Counted from the first letter of the stretch, positions 8,230 through 17,934 are shown. The stretch is 64,000 bases of DNA from Parcubacteria group bacterium (GCA_041659505.1 JBAZYF010000001.1:321719-385718), one strand, 5' to 3'. Notes: generated by a model from the sequence alone, not told the origin. Translations and numbers: made by a program.

Positions 8230-10536
8230 TTAAGCTTCATAGACATCGTTTTTCCTTTTCTTTCGCCTCCAGAGACGCAGTGTGCCATAGCCGGAAACAG
8301 CGAGGAATACGAAAGCCAAGTTTCCGAATTTGATCAAATTGGGATCATCGCTATTGTCAAAAACCAATTTTCGCTCATCCAAATTTTTGATCTTTATATT
8401 CCCCAGCGAACTCTCTTGTCCGAGCCAAGAAAAAGTATCCAGCGCAAAAGACAGATTGGCTTGGCCATTTTGCAAAAACTGATCAGAAATGAAATTAGAA
8501 CTACCGACAACAATCACGTGCGACTGATTTTTATCTCCCGCTTTTGGTGCGAGGGCTAGAGCCAGTACCTTTTGCCCGAGTCCGCTCTGGCTGAATTTCT
8601 GGTTCGGTGTGATGTTAAATTGAGCCGATTGCGTCCCGCCATAAGCCGAGGAACTAAATAGATCAACCGCATCCCAACCCTTCCCATCAATCACGCCACT
8701 ATCCGCAGTCAAAGAACTGCTCCAAGGCAAAAGAATATTTTCCAGCTTAGTGGCAATCGGCAAAGAATTTTTATCCCTAATGGCTTGAATCCAAAATGGA
8801 TAGGGCAAAACAACCCGAGATTGTCCCGCTCCTCCAAAGCCAACCGCTTGATTGGATTTTAGATCATACACAAGATCTTTCCCCACTTCAACGCCCGTCT
8901 GTTCTTTAACAAAATCAGCCAGACTCTTTTCATTCACCGCCACACTCATATTCTCAGGAGAAATTGTCGTTCCATCAATCATAAAAAAGACGCTTCCGCC
9001 ATTGGCGATGAAATCTGCCACGGCTTTTTTTTCTTCATCGGAAAAATCCTGTGTCGGTCCGGCAATCACCAGCACCTTAAGACCTGTTGGGATAGAAAAA
9101 CTTTTGACCGGCGCGGGAGTACTCGTCGCGCTTTTGGTTTTATTCGCAGTTGTAGTGTCTTTGCTTGATGCGGCTGGTTCTGCTCCCGCCACCGCAACTG
9201 GTACAATTTCAAATTGCTTGGCTAATTCTTTTTGTAAAATTGTATAGTCACTAGCCAGCGCCTTCTCGCCATGCCCGGAAACAAATCCGACTTTCGGTTT
9301 ATTCTCCGCCGTCAATTCTTTGATAAAACTGGTCAGTTGGTATTCCAGATCATTGACATTCTGCACAAAAGGGATGCTCTCGTGCTTTCCGCCATAAGAA
9401 ACCGCCAGACCCAAGTAACCCTCATTGACTTGAAACTGCTCCTGAGAAACTACATTGAATTGCATCGGAGTTACGCCAAGAGACGCCGCTTCCTTGGCAA
9501 TTGCAGTGTCGCCCGACGGATTTTTATCGCTGACGTGAATATTGCCTTTGGAAAAAGCCTGATAGTCAGCCAAGATATCTTTCGTTTCTCGCAAGACTGG
9601 TTGCAACTGAGCCGGCAATTTATCGGAAGCATACAGCGTGACATTGACCACGTCCGGCAAATTCCCAGCGATGCCCCGCGTCGTGTCAGACAGTGTATAA
9701 ATTTTTTCCTCAGTCAGATCAAGCCGCCCAGGAATATTTACTCCGATAATATTCGAGAGGACAAAAATTCCCGCAAGCAAACTCACTGCTAATTTGATAT
9801 TGCGAAATGCGGACTTTCGGTTGCCATATTTATTTTTCACAAGTCCGAGATAGGCCAGACCAAGAAAAACCGCTGAGAGCGAAACGAAATACCACAGATC
9901 GCGCAAATCAATCACCCCGCGTGCCATTGAATTGAAATGGGTGGAAAGCGAAAGTTGTTCAAAAAAAGGCGCAAGCTCAAATGGCAATCTGGCGGTCATC
10001 AATTCCGTGCCGGAAATGATCAGAAAAAAACTGGCAATGATCGTTATGAGAAAAGCGGAAATCTGACTGGAAAAAAGACCGGAAATGACAATTCCAAGAC
10101 TCGCGAGAACCGACACAGCAAAAATACTGGCTAAATATTGACTGAAGATTTGTCCCCAATCGAGATTACCAAATTTGCCCAAACTCCAGGCGAGCGGAAA
10201 AATGAAAAGAAGGGTCAGGGCAAAAAAAATCACGATGCTCAAAAATTTTCCGATAATTAGCTGTGCTTGTTGCAAAGGATGAGTGAGCAAAAATTCCAAA
10301 GTGCCTTCACTTTTTTCCTCTGCGAGCGTTCCCATCGTAAGCGCCGGCACGATGATAAGCAATATCCAAGGCAAGATATCAAACAGCCCGCGCAGAGAAG
10401 CTTCGCCGACCAAAAAAACATTACGAAAAAAGAGAAATTCCCAGAGGAATAAAAAGGCCAGAATAATGATGTAGGCGGTCGGATTGTTAAAATAGTTCCG
10501 CAGTTCTTTTTTGATAATCGTTAGAATGTTTTTCAT
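8230..10536 (-). CDS. ABC-2 family permease fused to a GldG-like auxiliary domain
   Basis: The N-terminal ~240 aa form a multi-TM ABC-2 permease. The large extracytoplasmic domain ends in a C-terminal TM (AFVFLAVSGYGTLRLW). The gene sits downstream of an ABC ATPase. Confidence 0.65.
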   Translation of the reverse strand: MKNILTIIKKELRNYFNNPTAYIIILAFLFLWEFLFFRNVFLVGEASLRGLFDILPWILLIIVPALTMGTLAEEKSEGTLEFLLTHPLQQAQLIIGKFLSIVIFFALTLLFIFPLAWSLGKFGNLDWGQIFSQYLASIFAVSVLASLGIVISGLFSSQISAFLITIIASFFLIISGTELMTARLPFELAPFFEQLSLSTHFNSMARGVIDLRDLWYFVSLSAVFLGLAYLGLVKNKYGNRKSAFRNIKLAVSLLAGIFVLSNIIGVNIPGRLDLTEEKIYTLSDTTRGIAGNLPDVVNVTLYASDKLPAQLQPVLRETKDILADYQAFSKGNIHVSDKNPSGDTAIAKEAASLGVTPMQFNVVSQEQFQVNEGYLGLAVSYGGKHESIPFVQNVNDLEYQLTSFIKELTAENKPKVGFVSGHGEKALASDYTILQKELAKQFEIVPVAVAGAEPAASSKDTTTANKTKSATSTPAPVKSFSIPTGLKVLVIAGPTQDFSDEEKKAVADFIANGGSVFFMIDGTTISPENMSVAVNEKSLADFVKEQTGVEVGKDLVYDLKSNQAVGFGGAGQSRVVLPYPFWIQAIRDKNSLPIATKLENILLPWSSSLTADSGVIDGKGWDAVDLFSSSAYGGTQSAQFNITPNQKFSQSGLGQKVLALALAPKAGDKNQSHVIVVGSSNFISDQFLQNGQANLSFALDTFSWLGQESSLGNIKIKNLDERKLVFDNSDDPNLIKFGNLAFVFLAVSGYGTLRLWRRKKRKNDVYEA

Positions 10537-10590
10537 ACTGTTAAATAATAGTTAATAACATTTAAGCTTTGCTCTTGGTTGCTAGTAGGG

Positions 10591-10722
10591 CTTACACAAT
10601 CGCCAAAAAGTTGTTCGCACGTTCAACTTTTTTAGCATCCCAGGGCTTTTGGTAAACCAGCAAGGGAAAGCCAAAATGAGGAAACCGTGCTTTTGAGAAT
10701 GACTTTTTGGCGATTGTGTAAG
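10591..10722. repeat. Structured intergenic element, family A, copy 2
   Basis: Same core as copy 1, but the closing inverted repeat has a different sequence (CTTACACAATCGCCAAAAAG / CTTTTTGGCGATTGTGTAAG) that still pairs. That is stem covariation. Confidence 0.6.
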
Positions 10723-10745
10723 TCAGTTTGCCTAACAAAATAAAA

Positions 10746-11669
10746 CTAGGATTTAGTCAACACTTGGAAAATTTCTTCCAGTTTCTGTTCTTCTTCATGC
10801 AAATTCCAAACGATCCAATGATTTTCCCAGGTCAGCTTGGCAATATCTTTTTGCGCCGTATGCCCTTCTTCCAAAATCAACTTGCCTTCGATACGCTCAT
10901 TTTCTTTTTTAGTAACTTCCAGTTTTTTCAAATGCGCCAAAACACTGAGCCGCGCTTCAATTTCCCGGCCTTCCAGTTCGAAATTCAACACTTTTTCTTT
11001 TTGAGACAAGCGGGAAAGATCATCAGCTGTTCCATCGGCGACCAATTTTCCTTGGCTGATGATCAGGAGCCGACTGCAAACAGCCGAAGCCTCTTGCATC
11101 ACGTGAGTGCTAAGAATGATGGTGTGCTCTTTAGCTAAATCTTTGATCAACTGACGAATTTCTGCGCGCTGATTCGGATCCAAGCCTTCCGTCGGCTCGT
11201 CCATGATGATAATCTGCGGTTTGTGGATCAGTGCCGCCGCAATCCCCACCCGTTGCTTATAACCCTTAGAGAGCTCCCCAATCGGACGATGGAATACTTT
11301 TTCAATCCCGACCGCCTTCACAACAAACTCAAACGCTTCCGCTTTTTTCTCCGCCGCAATCTGATGCAGACTAGCGGCTAGATCCAGAAATTCCGCCACT
11401 TGCATATTTTTGTAGAGCGGATTGTTTTCCGGCAAGTACCCGATCTTTTTTTGCGCCGCGATTGAGTCTTTTTCGATATCCACTCCGTCAATCAAAATCT
11501 TACCTTTGTCCGAAGAGAGAAAACCGGTCAGCATCCGCATCGTCGTCGTCTTGCCGGCGCCGTTGGGTCCGAGAAATCCCAACACTTCGCCAGAATGAAT
11601 CTCGAAGGACAAATTATCTACCGCTTTCACACTACCAAATTTCTTGGTCAGATTCTCGACTTTGATCAT
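10746..11669 (-). CDS. ABC transporter ATP-binding protein (GldA-like)
   Basis: Walker A GPNGAGKTT, signature LSKGYKQRVGIAAAL and Walker B IIIMDEPTEGLD. Confidence 0.85.
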   Translation of the reverse strand: MIKVENLTKKFGSVKAVDNLSFEIHSGEVLGFLGPNGAGKTTTMRMLTGFLSSDKGKILIDGVDIEKDSIAAQKKIGYLPENNPLYKNMQVAEFLDLAASLHQIAAEKKAEAFEFVVKAVGIEKVFHRPIGELSKGYKQRVGIAAALIHKPQIIIMDEPTEGLDPNQRAEIRQLIKDLAKEHTIILSTHVMQEASAVCSRLLIISQGKLVADGTADDLSRLSQKEKVLNFELEGREIEARLSVLAHLKKLEVTKKENERIEGKLILEEGHTAQKDIAKLTWENHWIVWNLHEEEQKLEEIFQVLTKS

Positions 11670-11784
11670 AGGTTTGTTTTTGACTGATTATTGATTTAAA
11701 AAAGTTGGCGTTCGGAAGACCAGACCACCAACTCTTATTTTATAAAACTGAGTTTTCTTGTCAAGTAAGGCCAGTTTGACAAAT

Positions 11785-12285
11785 TCAAAAACGCTTCTGT
11801 CGGATATGGCAATAGGGTTCGTGTCCATTTTTGGCATAATATTTTTGGTGATAGCTTTCTGCCTCCCAAAAAGTTCCAGCCTTTTCCAGTTTCGTCACCA
11901 CGACATACCCTTTTACCTTGAGCAAACCGATCAGTTTTTCTGCAATGGATTTTTGCTCAGCATCCACGTAAAAAACAGCTGAACGATATTGCTCGCCGAT
12001 GTCCGGTCCCTGGCGATTAAGTTCAGTCGGGTCATGAATTTCGAAAAATAGCCGTGTCAACTGTTCATAGCTTGTCAGCGAGCTATCAAAAGTAACCTCT
12101 AGAGTTTCTGCATGACCGGTTTTTTTGGCTGAAACTTCCTCATAGGTCGGATTCTCCTTGAATCCGCCCATATAACCGACTTTAGTCAAAATGACTCCGG
12201 GCAGATTTTGGAAATAGTACTCCACACCCCAAAAGCAACCGCCGGCGAAATAGGCTTTTTGAATTTTGTTGTTATTATTTTTCAT
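11785..12285 (-). CDS. msrA: Peptide methionine sulfoxide reductase MsrA
   Basis: GGCFWG active-site motif. The likely start is the ATG at 12285 ([20 protein letters not shown]). The ORF-track start at 12318 is a GTG inside msrB. Confidence 0.85.
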   Translation of the reverse strand: MKNNNNKIQKAYFAGGCFWGVEYYFQNLPGVILTKVGYMGGFKENPTYEEVSAKKTGHAETLEVTFDSSLTSYEQLTRLFFEIHDPTELNRQGPDIGEQYRSAVFYVDAEQKSIAEKLIGLLKVKGYVVVTKLEKAGTFWEAESYHQKYYAKNGHEPYCHIRQKRF

Positions 12286-12649
12286 CTGGTTTAAATTTAA
12301 GCGAAATTGAATTGACACAATGGCGTGTATCTTTCTCGGTCAATTTTTCTCCAAAGAAGATATGCCCGAGATGCGCCCCACAATTCGCACAAACAATTTC
12401 TGTCCGCATTCCGTCCTTGTCCGGAATTCTCTTCACAGACTTTGGCAACTCCGCGTCAAAACTGGGCCAACCGCAACCGGAATCAAATTTGTCATCCGAA
12501 CGATAAAGCGGAGCACCACACCGCCGACAAACAAATGTACCCCGAGCTTTGAAATTATTATACTCACCGGAAAACGGCGCTTCCGTGCCTTTGTGGACAA
12601 TGATGCGCTCTTCTTCGGAAGAAAGTTGGTTGAATTTTTTAGCTTTCAT
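12275..12649 (-). CDS. msrB: Peptide methionine sulfoxide reductase MsrB
   Basis: GCGWPSF and [17 protein letters not shown] motifs with the CxxC zinc site. Confidence 0.85.
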   Translation of the reverse strand: MKAKKFNQLSSEEERIIVHKGTEAPFSGEYNNFKARGTFVCRRCGAPLYRSDDKFDSGCGWPSFDAELPKSVKRIPDKDGMRTEIVCANCGAHLGHIFFGEKLTEKDTRHCVNSISLKFKPDEK

Positions 12650-12941
12650 ATTATTGAATTATACATTATGTATACGATAAAAGCTCCAAAATCGATGCTG
12701 AATTGTTTTTATTTGAAGGTAGATATAAAAAAAGACCAATCACATATTGGTGGTCTTTTTTTACAGAGGCGCTCTTGAAAGCTTTGAAGTGGCAAATTCT
12801 GCCTTCATATGGCTTTGGCGGACTGCGTCAGCCGTGGGCTTCAGCATGGCGAAAGCGGAGAGTATGGGACGAAATTAGAACATACGTTTCAGTATGCAAT
12901 TAAGGTAAAACAAGAATTTAGCCTCCATTTCTCCTCCTTTC

Positions 12942-13511
12942 TTATTTTTTTCTCTTATATTCCTGTGCCGCCAGCTCTCTGGCTGATTTTCTATCTTTGG
13001 GCAGTTCAATTCCATGTGCCTTAATCATATCTTCCAACAACATCTTTCTCGTTTCATATTCCGTAATTGCATATTTTTTTCTATATCTTATATCTTTAAA
13101 TTTACAGTGAAAAATTTTATTTCTTATAGCATTAATTTCTCTATAAAAACTAGCGCCCTTGATTAATTTTTTATTTTCGGAAAAATATTTTTTCAGTAAT
13201 TTTTCATAGATATTAATTTTTTGTGTAAATGTCAGCTCTTCAAAAGCATACTCCATCATTCCATTGACTTGCGGCGTAACAACGATTGCTCCTCTTTTTA
13301 TGAAATCTGCACATACTTTCTCGATATTTTTTTCACAAAAAAATATTAACATTGAAACAAAATTGATCGCCTTATAATCAGCCTCGTCTATTCCAATACT
13401 TTTGCTAAAAAATTCAATAATCTCAGCTTCGAATTTATCATTAAGTTGAGCTTCTATTGCAAGGCTATCACGAGCTTTTTCCGATAATTTTTCCAGGCTA
13501 CTTTTTGCCAT
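12942..13511 (-). CDS. Hypothetical protein with a candidate HEPN Rx4H motif (189 aa)
   Basis: EINAIRNKIFH contains an R-x4-H motif within a predicted helical protein. The gene is AT-rich and sits next to an unknown 326-aa gene and tRNA-Cys. Confidence 0.4.
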   Translation of the reverse strand: MAKSSLEKLSEKARDSLAIEAQLNDKFEAEIIEFFSKSIGIDEADYKAINFVSMLIFFCEKNIEKVCADFIKRGAIVVTPQVNGMMEYAFEELTFTQKINIYEKLLKKYFSENKKLIKGASFYREINAIRNKIFHCKFKDIRYRKKYAITEYETRKMLLEDMIKAHGIELPKDRKSARELAAQEYKRKK

Positions 13512-13583
13512 TTGATTTGTGAACAGACATCATCCCCCTAGCTTTACTCCTTACAATTTTTTTTGAACGAAGTTAGAATTTAT

Positions 13584-14561
13584 TTAATCAACAACCCTAA
13601 TTCTATTGAAGTTTTTCCCCTTAAGCCCATCTATCTTAATTTCTTCCCATTCGTAGCGAGTCGACGCAAGTTGTGACGGTGATAAGATAATTTCTTTATA
13701 CGAATCATCACTTCTTTTCAGTGCGCCCACTCCAACCCAAAATTTTGCTATAGACGATTTTGTTGTTCCTACTGAGATAGTCGTTCCTGACGGCAATGGT
13801 TGTGTGAAAGCCAGAATCTTATCTGATCGAAAATGGTAATTCGCCATGCGTTTCGTGGCCATGTAGGCGCCATGGAGTTGCCATACTTTTTCACGCCAGC
13901 TAGGATCTTTTTCTTGCTCGGGAGTTATCTTGACGTTTAATTCCACCATAGCTCTTTGTGAATCAGTGAGAGCGGGTAGTTTTCCGGCAAATTTCTGCTT
14001 AAGCTCTGAAAGGTTTCGTTCCAATATTTCATTGAACTCTTCAGAAGAGGAAAATTGGGAGCTGACCGGCGTAATTGTCATCTTAAGATTCGAAGGCTGG
14101 TAAGCCTTAAGGAAATTTATAACTTCCTGAAATGATTCTACATACCTTTCGACATCACTTATCGGGATATTATCAAGTTTTGGGACAATAGAATCATCAA
14201 CAAAAAAGTCAAACCAAACACCAGGCTCGTAAATATCACATATGCCTTTTGCCCAGTTTGTATAATACATGAGAGAAAATAGTTCCGCCCAATCGGCATA
14301 GGGTGATTCTTCTAACCGCCAAAGCTTATAGGCGCCGTGAAGAAAAGTAATATTGATTGGTTTATTCTCAGCTATCAGGAGAGAAATAGCCTTATTGCAA
14401 TGGTCTATTAATTCTTCGTTCGCCGCGTATTTTCTAAATTTTTTAGACAAAAGCAGCCGTAAAATCTCAGCCTCAATAGAGTGAGCATCTTTTATCTTGG
14501 CTATGCTATTTGCTTCTCTTAGTTTGTTTAATTGTGCTTCAAAAAATTCTTGTGGTGTCAT
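13584..14561 (-). CDS. Hypothetical protein (326 aa), unknown function
   Basis: Long ORF. The likely start is the ATG at 14561 (MTPQEFFEAQ...); the ORF-track extension to 14633 runs through tRNA-Cys. Confidence 0.45.
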   Translation of the reverse strand: MTPQEFFEAQLNKLREANSIAKIKDAHSIEAEILRLLLSKKFRKYAANEELIDHCNKAISLLIAENKPINITFLHGAYKLWRLEESPYADWAELFSLMYYTNWAKGICDIYEPGVWFDFFVDDSIVPKLDNIPISDVERYVESFQEVINFLKAYQPSNLKMTITPVSSQFSSSEEFNEILERNLSELKQKFAGKLPALTDSQRAMVELNVKITPEQEKDPSWREKVWQLHGAYMATKRMANYHFRSDKILAFTQPLPSGTTISVGTTKSSIAKFWVGVGALKRSDDSYKEIILSPSQLASTRYEWEEIKIDGLKGKNFNRIRVVD

Positions 14562-14562
14562 G

Positions 14563-14636
14563 AGATGTGGGCAGGATTTGAACCTGCGTATTTTGCTCTG
14601 CAAGCAAATGCCTAAGCCAAGCTCGGCCACCACACC
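14563..14636 (-). tRNA. tRNA-Cys(GCA)
   Basis: Reverse complement is GGTGTGGTGGCCGAGCTTGGCTTAGGCATTTGCTTGCAGAGCAAAATACGCAGGTTCAAATCCTGCCCACATCT. The anticodon loop TTGCAGA gives GCA, and the U73 discriminator is typical of Cys. Confidence 0.7.
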
Positions 14637-14686
14637 GGAAACAATTTAAATAGTCAAATAGTGCCATGTTGAAAAAACAAGAAAAC

Positions 14687-14774
14687 TGGCGGAAGAGGGG
14701 GGATTCGAACCCCCGGTACCTTGCGGCACACACGCTTTCCAAGCGTGCCGTTTAAACCACTCACGCACCCTTCC
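14687..14774 (-). tRNA. tRNA-Ser(GGA), CCA encoded
   Basis: Reverse complement is GGAAGGGTGCGTGAGTGGTTTAAACGGCACGCTTGGAAAGCGTGTGTGCCGCAAGGTACCGGGGGTTCGAATCCCCCCTCTTCCGCCA. Anticodon loop TTGGAAA, with a long variable arm. Confidence 0.8.
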
Positions 14775-14915
14775 AAGAAAATCCTACTTAAACAAGACTC
14801 CAAATAACCACCCCACCCTATTTATTTGCCCATAATTGTATTTATAATAATTTAAGTGAATAATGCCACTTCTTCCCGATTCTAAGCGCTTTTTACTAAT
14901 TGCCTCTAAAAGCCT

Positions 14916-16328
14916 CTAGAAAGCCAATTCATAATATGTGTTTACTGAAGCACCCTTTGTAATAAAAATCTCGCAATCTCGCAATTTCTTTAAATCACTA
15001 TTTATCGTAGCTCGCGGTGTTCCCCTGAGTATTTTTTGACAATCCTGAATAGTAAGCCGACTCTTCAATAACAATACGTCAATTAATTTCACCTGTCTAT
15101 CATTAAGATTGCGATATTTTTCTCCTAAAAGTATTGCTTCAAAACTATTAACTGAGTTTCTAAATAAGGGTGATGGCAAATTCCATTCTTGCATTTTTTT
15201 AATCACAATATTAATGCCTCTTCCATATTCTTCCAAATATTTGAGATCCTTAAGTCTCGCAGCGATCATTGAGTTGCGACTAAACTGCGCTTCTTTGATG
15301 TTTTCCACAGTGACACCAGGAGGAAGAGAGCCGGGATTTGCAATTTCAATTCTATCTTTAAATATTCTAATTTGGTTACAAGTTTCAATAATTTTGTAGT
15401 CACGATGGATAATAGCATTTGCGATTAATTCACGAATTCCCTCTTCTGGATATTCGTATTTCTCTACTCGCTTTGTTCCAATTATAACCGCTTTTTTGGA
15501 AATATTCTTAAGAACAAACTTATATGAATCATCAATTAGCATGTCAAGTGTTCCTTTTATATCAGCAGAATCAATGATTTCCGATGACGGATCGCTTCCC
15601 GCATATCGCACACAACGAATAACATATCTATCATAAGGACTCTTGTTCTGTGGGATACTATTAGCAAAAATCAAATAGCCACCAATCGTTGGGCTATATG
15701 CGCCGTCAAAGCGAGTAATGATACCAAGATTTTCAAGAGTGATATCGCTAACTTCGTGACTAGCGCCTCGTTGAGTTTCCAGCTCACTCTGCGCAAGAAG
15801 ATCTACCACCTTGTCAACAGAAAGCTCTTCTTTATTAACACCCCTAGCTTCAGAACGATCAAACTGAAACTCTTTTGAAGTTGCGACATATGTTCGAAAT
15901 TCGTTATCAGTAATTCTACGACTAGTATTTCCCTCTCTAATATAGGCTCCGTTTGGTAGCCCAACTGGCTTAAAATAACATGGCATATAGTCTTTTGGAC
16001 ATTCAGGAATGTAAACTGCCAAAATTATTTTATCCTTGATTTTAATCACATGATATTCTGGTCGCAAGACAAAACTCATTTTATCATTAAAATATTCCGT
16101 AAGTTTTGTTTGCATAAGATCTAAATTCATGCAACCAGTAATTTCATTTTTTTCTTGACTGACACCAAAAACAACTAATCCTCCGCCGCGACGATTAGAA
16201 AAAGCCGAGATTGTTCTCCAAATATCATTCGGGATATTTTTACTAGCTGTTTTAAATTCTAGATCGGAAAGTTCCGATGCTATCTCTAGCCCATATTTTA
16301 CTTTCTTGATAATATCCTTCTCTGTCAT
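14916..16328 (-). CDS. Schlafen-like AlbA_2 / HATPase_c_4 ('RecG C-terminal-like') putative transcriptional regulator
   Basis: The N-terminal divergent-AAA/AlbA_2-like region is followed by the IANAIIHRDY motif typical of the HATPase_c_4 domain, and a C-terminal HTH-like tail. Confidence 0.55.
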   Translation of the reverse strand: MTEKDIIKKVKYGLEIASELSDLEFKTASKNIPNDIWRTISAFSNRRGGGLVVFGVSQEKNEITGCMNLDLMQTKLTEYFNDKMSFVLRPEYHVIKIKDKIILAVYIPECPKDYMPCYFKPVGLPNGAYIREGNTSRRITDNEFRTYVATSKEFQFDRSEARGVNKEELSVDKVVDLLAQSELETQRGASHEVSDITLENLGIITRFDGAYSPTIGGYLIFANSIPQNKSPYDRYVIRCVRYAGSDPSSEIIDSADIKGTLDMLIDDSYKFVLKNISKKAVIIGTKRVEKYEYPEEGIRELIANAIIHRDYKIIETCNQIRIFKDRIEIANPGSLPPGVTVENIKEAQFSRNSMIAARLKDLKYLEEYGRGINIVIKKMQEWNLPSPLFRNSVNSFEAILLGEKYRNLNDRQVKLIDVLLLKSRLTIQDCQKILRGTPRATINSDLKKLRDCEIFITKGASVNTYYELAF

Positions 16329-16375
16329 ACTTAGCTTTCTTTAAAGCAAGAGATTTTTTTAATTATTCTCCCTTA

Positions 16376-17839
16376 TTAATTTATCTCTCTTATCCCCACC
16401 AACCGCATCTTCTCTCCTCCAGGAATCCTGCCGAGAACTACCACCACCTTATCCCCCGCCTCGATCTTTTTCTCGCTTTTCAACCTTTCAATCATCGTTT
16501 CGATAAGTTGCTCCTTGTCCACATTCTCCAGAAGGTAGCTTTCTACCCCCCAGACCATTGAAAGTTGATTATAGACCTTTTCGCTCATTGTGGCAACATA
16601 ATTGTTTTGCATCGGACGGAAATGAGAAATAAGCCTTCCCGTCAGCCCTGAAACCGTAATGGCGACAATAGCCTTAGCCTTTGAGTCTCTGGCTAGGTTA
16701 TAGGCGCTTTCGATAATGGCGACATAGTCCTGATCTTTGTCATCACTCGGCGTGGCGCACTGCAAATCATCAAAACGGGAATCTTCCGTGTCTGTTATGA
16801 TTTGGCTCATCGTCGCTACTGCTTTTTGGGGAAATTTTCCGTTGGCCGATTCACCCGAGAGCATCACGGCATCAGTGTGGTCAATGACGGCATTGGACAC
16901 ATCAGAAACTTCCGCCCGCGTCGGGATCGGATTTTGGATCATTGATTCGAGCATCTGCGTCGCCACAATCACCGGTCGCACCGCCTTGATGCATTTAGCG
17001 ATAATTTCTTTTTGATAGATGACCACTTTTGTCTCATCCATTTCAATCCCCAAATCTCCGCGCGCCACCATAATCACGTCAGTCGCGGAAATTATTTCAT
17101 CAATATTTTTGATCGCTTCTTTTCTTTCAATCTTAGCTACAATTTGTGGAAGATTGTCCTCACGTCCCAGAAGTTTACGCATTTTTTCCCGCGTCTCTTC
17201 GATTTCTTTTCCATTAGACACAAAAGACAAAGCAATAAAATCCACTTCTCGGCTCATTGCGTAAGCCAGATCCTCTTCATCCTTTTTGGTCACTGCGCCA
17301 ATTTTGAGCTTTGAATCAGGCACATTCACCCCCTTGTGATTTTTAATCACTCCGCCATTAATCACTTCTGCTACGAGTGATTTTCCATCTTTTTCAACTA
17401 CCACTAAGCGCTTTAGTCCATCCTCGATTAAAATATTTTCTCCAATATTTATATCATTAACAATCTCCGGCCAATCGAGCATTATTTTTTTATTGGAAAT
17501 TTGGTCATTTGATATTGATTTGAAATTGGAAATTTGAAATTTGAAATTATCCCCTACCGACACATCTGAAATCCAAATGCACTCTCCATTGTTAATTTCC
17601 ACATCCTCACTCACGACCGTTCGTATTCGTGGCCCTTGTAGATCAACCATAATTCCCACCGGCACACCCAACTCTTGAGAAAGTTCCCGCACCATCGTGA
17701 TCACCTTACCATTGGAGTCATAGGTTCCATGAGAAAAATTGATCCGGCAAACATTCAGGCCGGCCAAAATTAATTCTTTCAATACTTCTTTCGAATCAGA
17801 GGCTGGTCCGATTGTCGCTACTATCTTAGTTTTTTTCAT
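16376..17839 (-). CDS. pyk: Pyruvate kinase, carrying a low-complexity in-frame insertion
   Basis: MKKTKIVATIGPAS...NFSHG...GPRIRT...MVARGDLGIE are canonical pyruvate kinase blocks. There is an extra DNFKFQISNFKSISNDQISNKKIM segment encoded by a GGAAATT-type repeat. Confidence 0.85.
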   Translation of the reverse strand: MKKTKIVATIGPASDSKEVLKELILAGLNVCRINFSHGTYDSNGKVITMVRELSQELGVPVGIMVDLQGPRIRTVVSEDVEINNGECIWISDVSVGDNFKFQISNFKSISNDQISNKKIMLDWPEIVNDINIGENILIEDGLKRLVVVEKDGKSLVAEVINGGVIKNHKGVNVPDSKLKIGAVTKKDEEDLAYAMSREVDFIALSFVSNGKEIEETREKMRKLLGREDNLPQIVAKIERKEAIKNIDEIISATDVIMVARGDLGIEMDETKVVIYQKEIIAKCIKAVRPVIVATQMLESMIQNPIPTRAEVSDVSNAVIDHTDAVMLSGESANGKFPQKAVATMSQIITDTEDSRFDDLQCATPSDDKDQDYVAIIESAYNLARDSKAKAIVAITVSGLTGRLISHFRPMQNNYVATMSEKVYNQLSMVWGVESYLLENVDKEQLIETMIERLKSEKKIEAGDKVVVVLGRIPGGEKMRLVGIREIN

Positions 17840-17884
17840 AATATTTTAGTTTATTGTTTATCTACTCTATATTGGCACAACAAA

Positions 17885-17927
17885 CAAAAACAGACAACCC
17901 CGAGAGGTTTGTCTGTTTTTTGAAACT
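17885..17927 (-). terminator. Rho-independent terminator after the DUF4870-like gene (bidirectional T-runs)
   Basis: AACAGACAACC...GGTTTGTCTGTT hairpin flanked by A- and T-runs. Confidence 0.6.
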
Positions 17928-17934
17928 TAGAAGT

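Noticed and set aside
14539-14742. 67-aa minus-strand ORF
   Set aside because: It lies entirely over tRNA-Cys, tRNA-Ser and the spacer between them.
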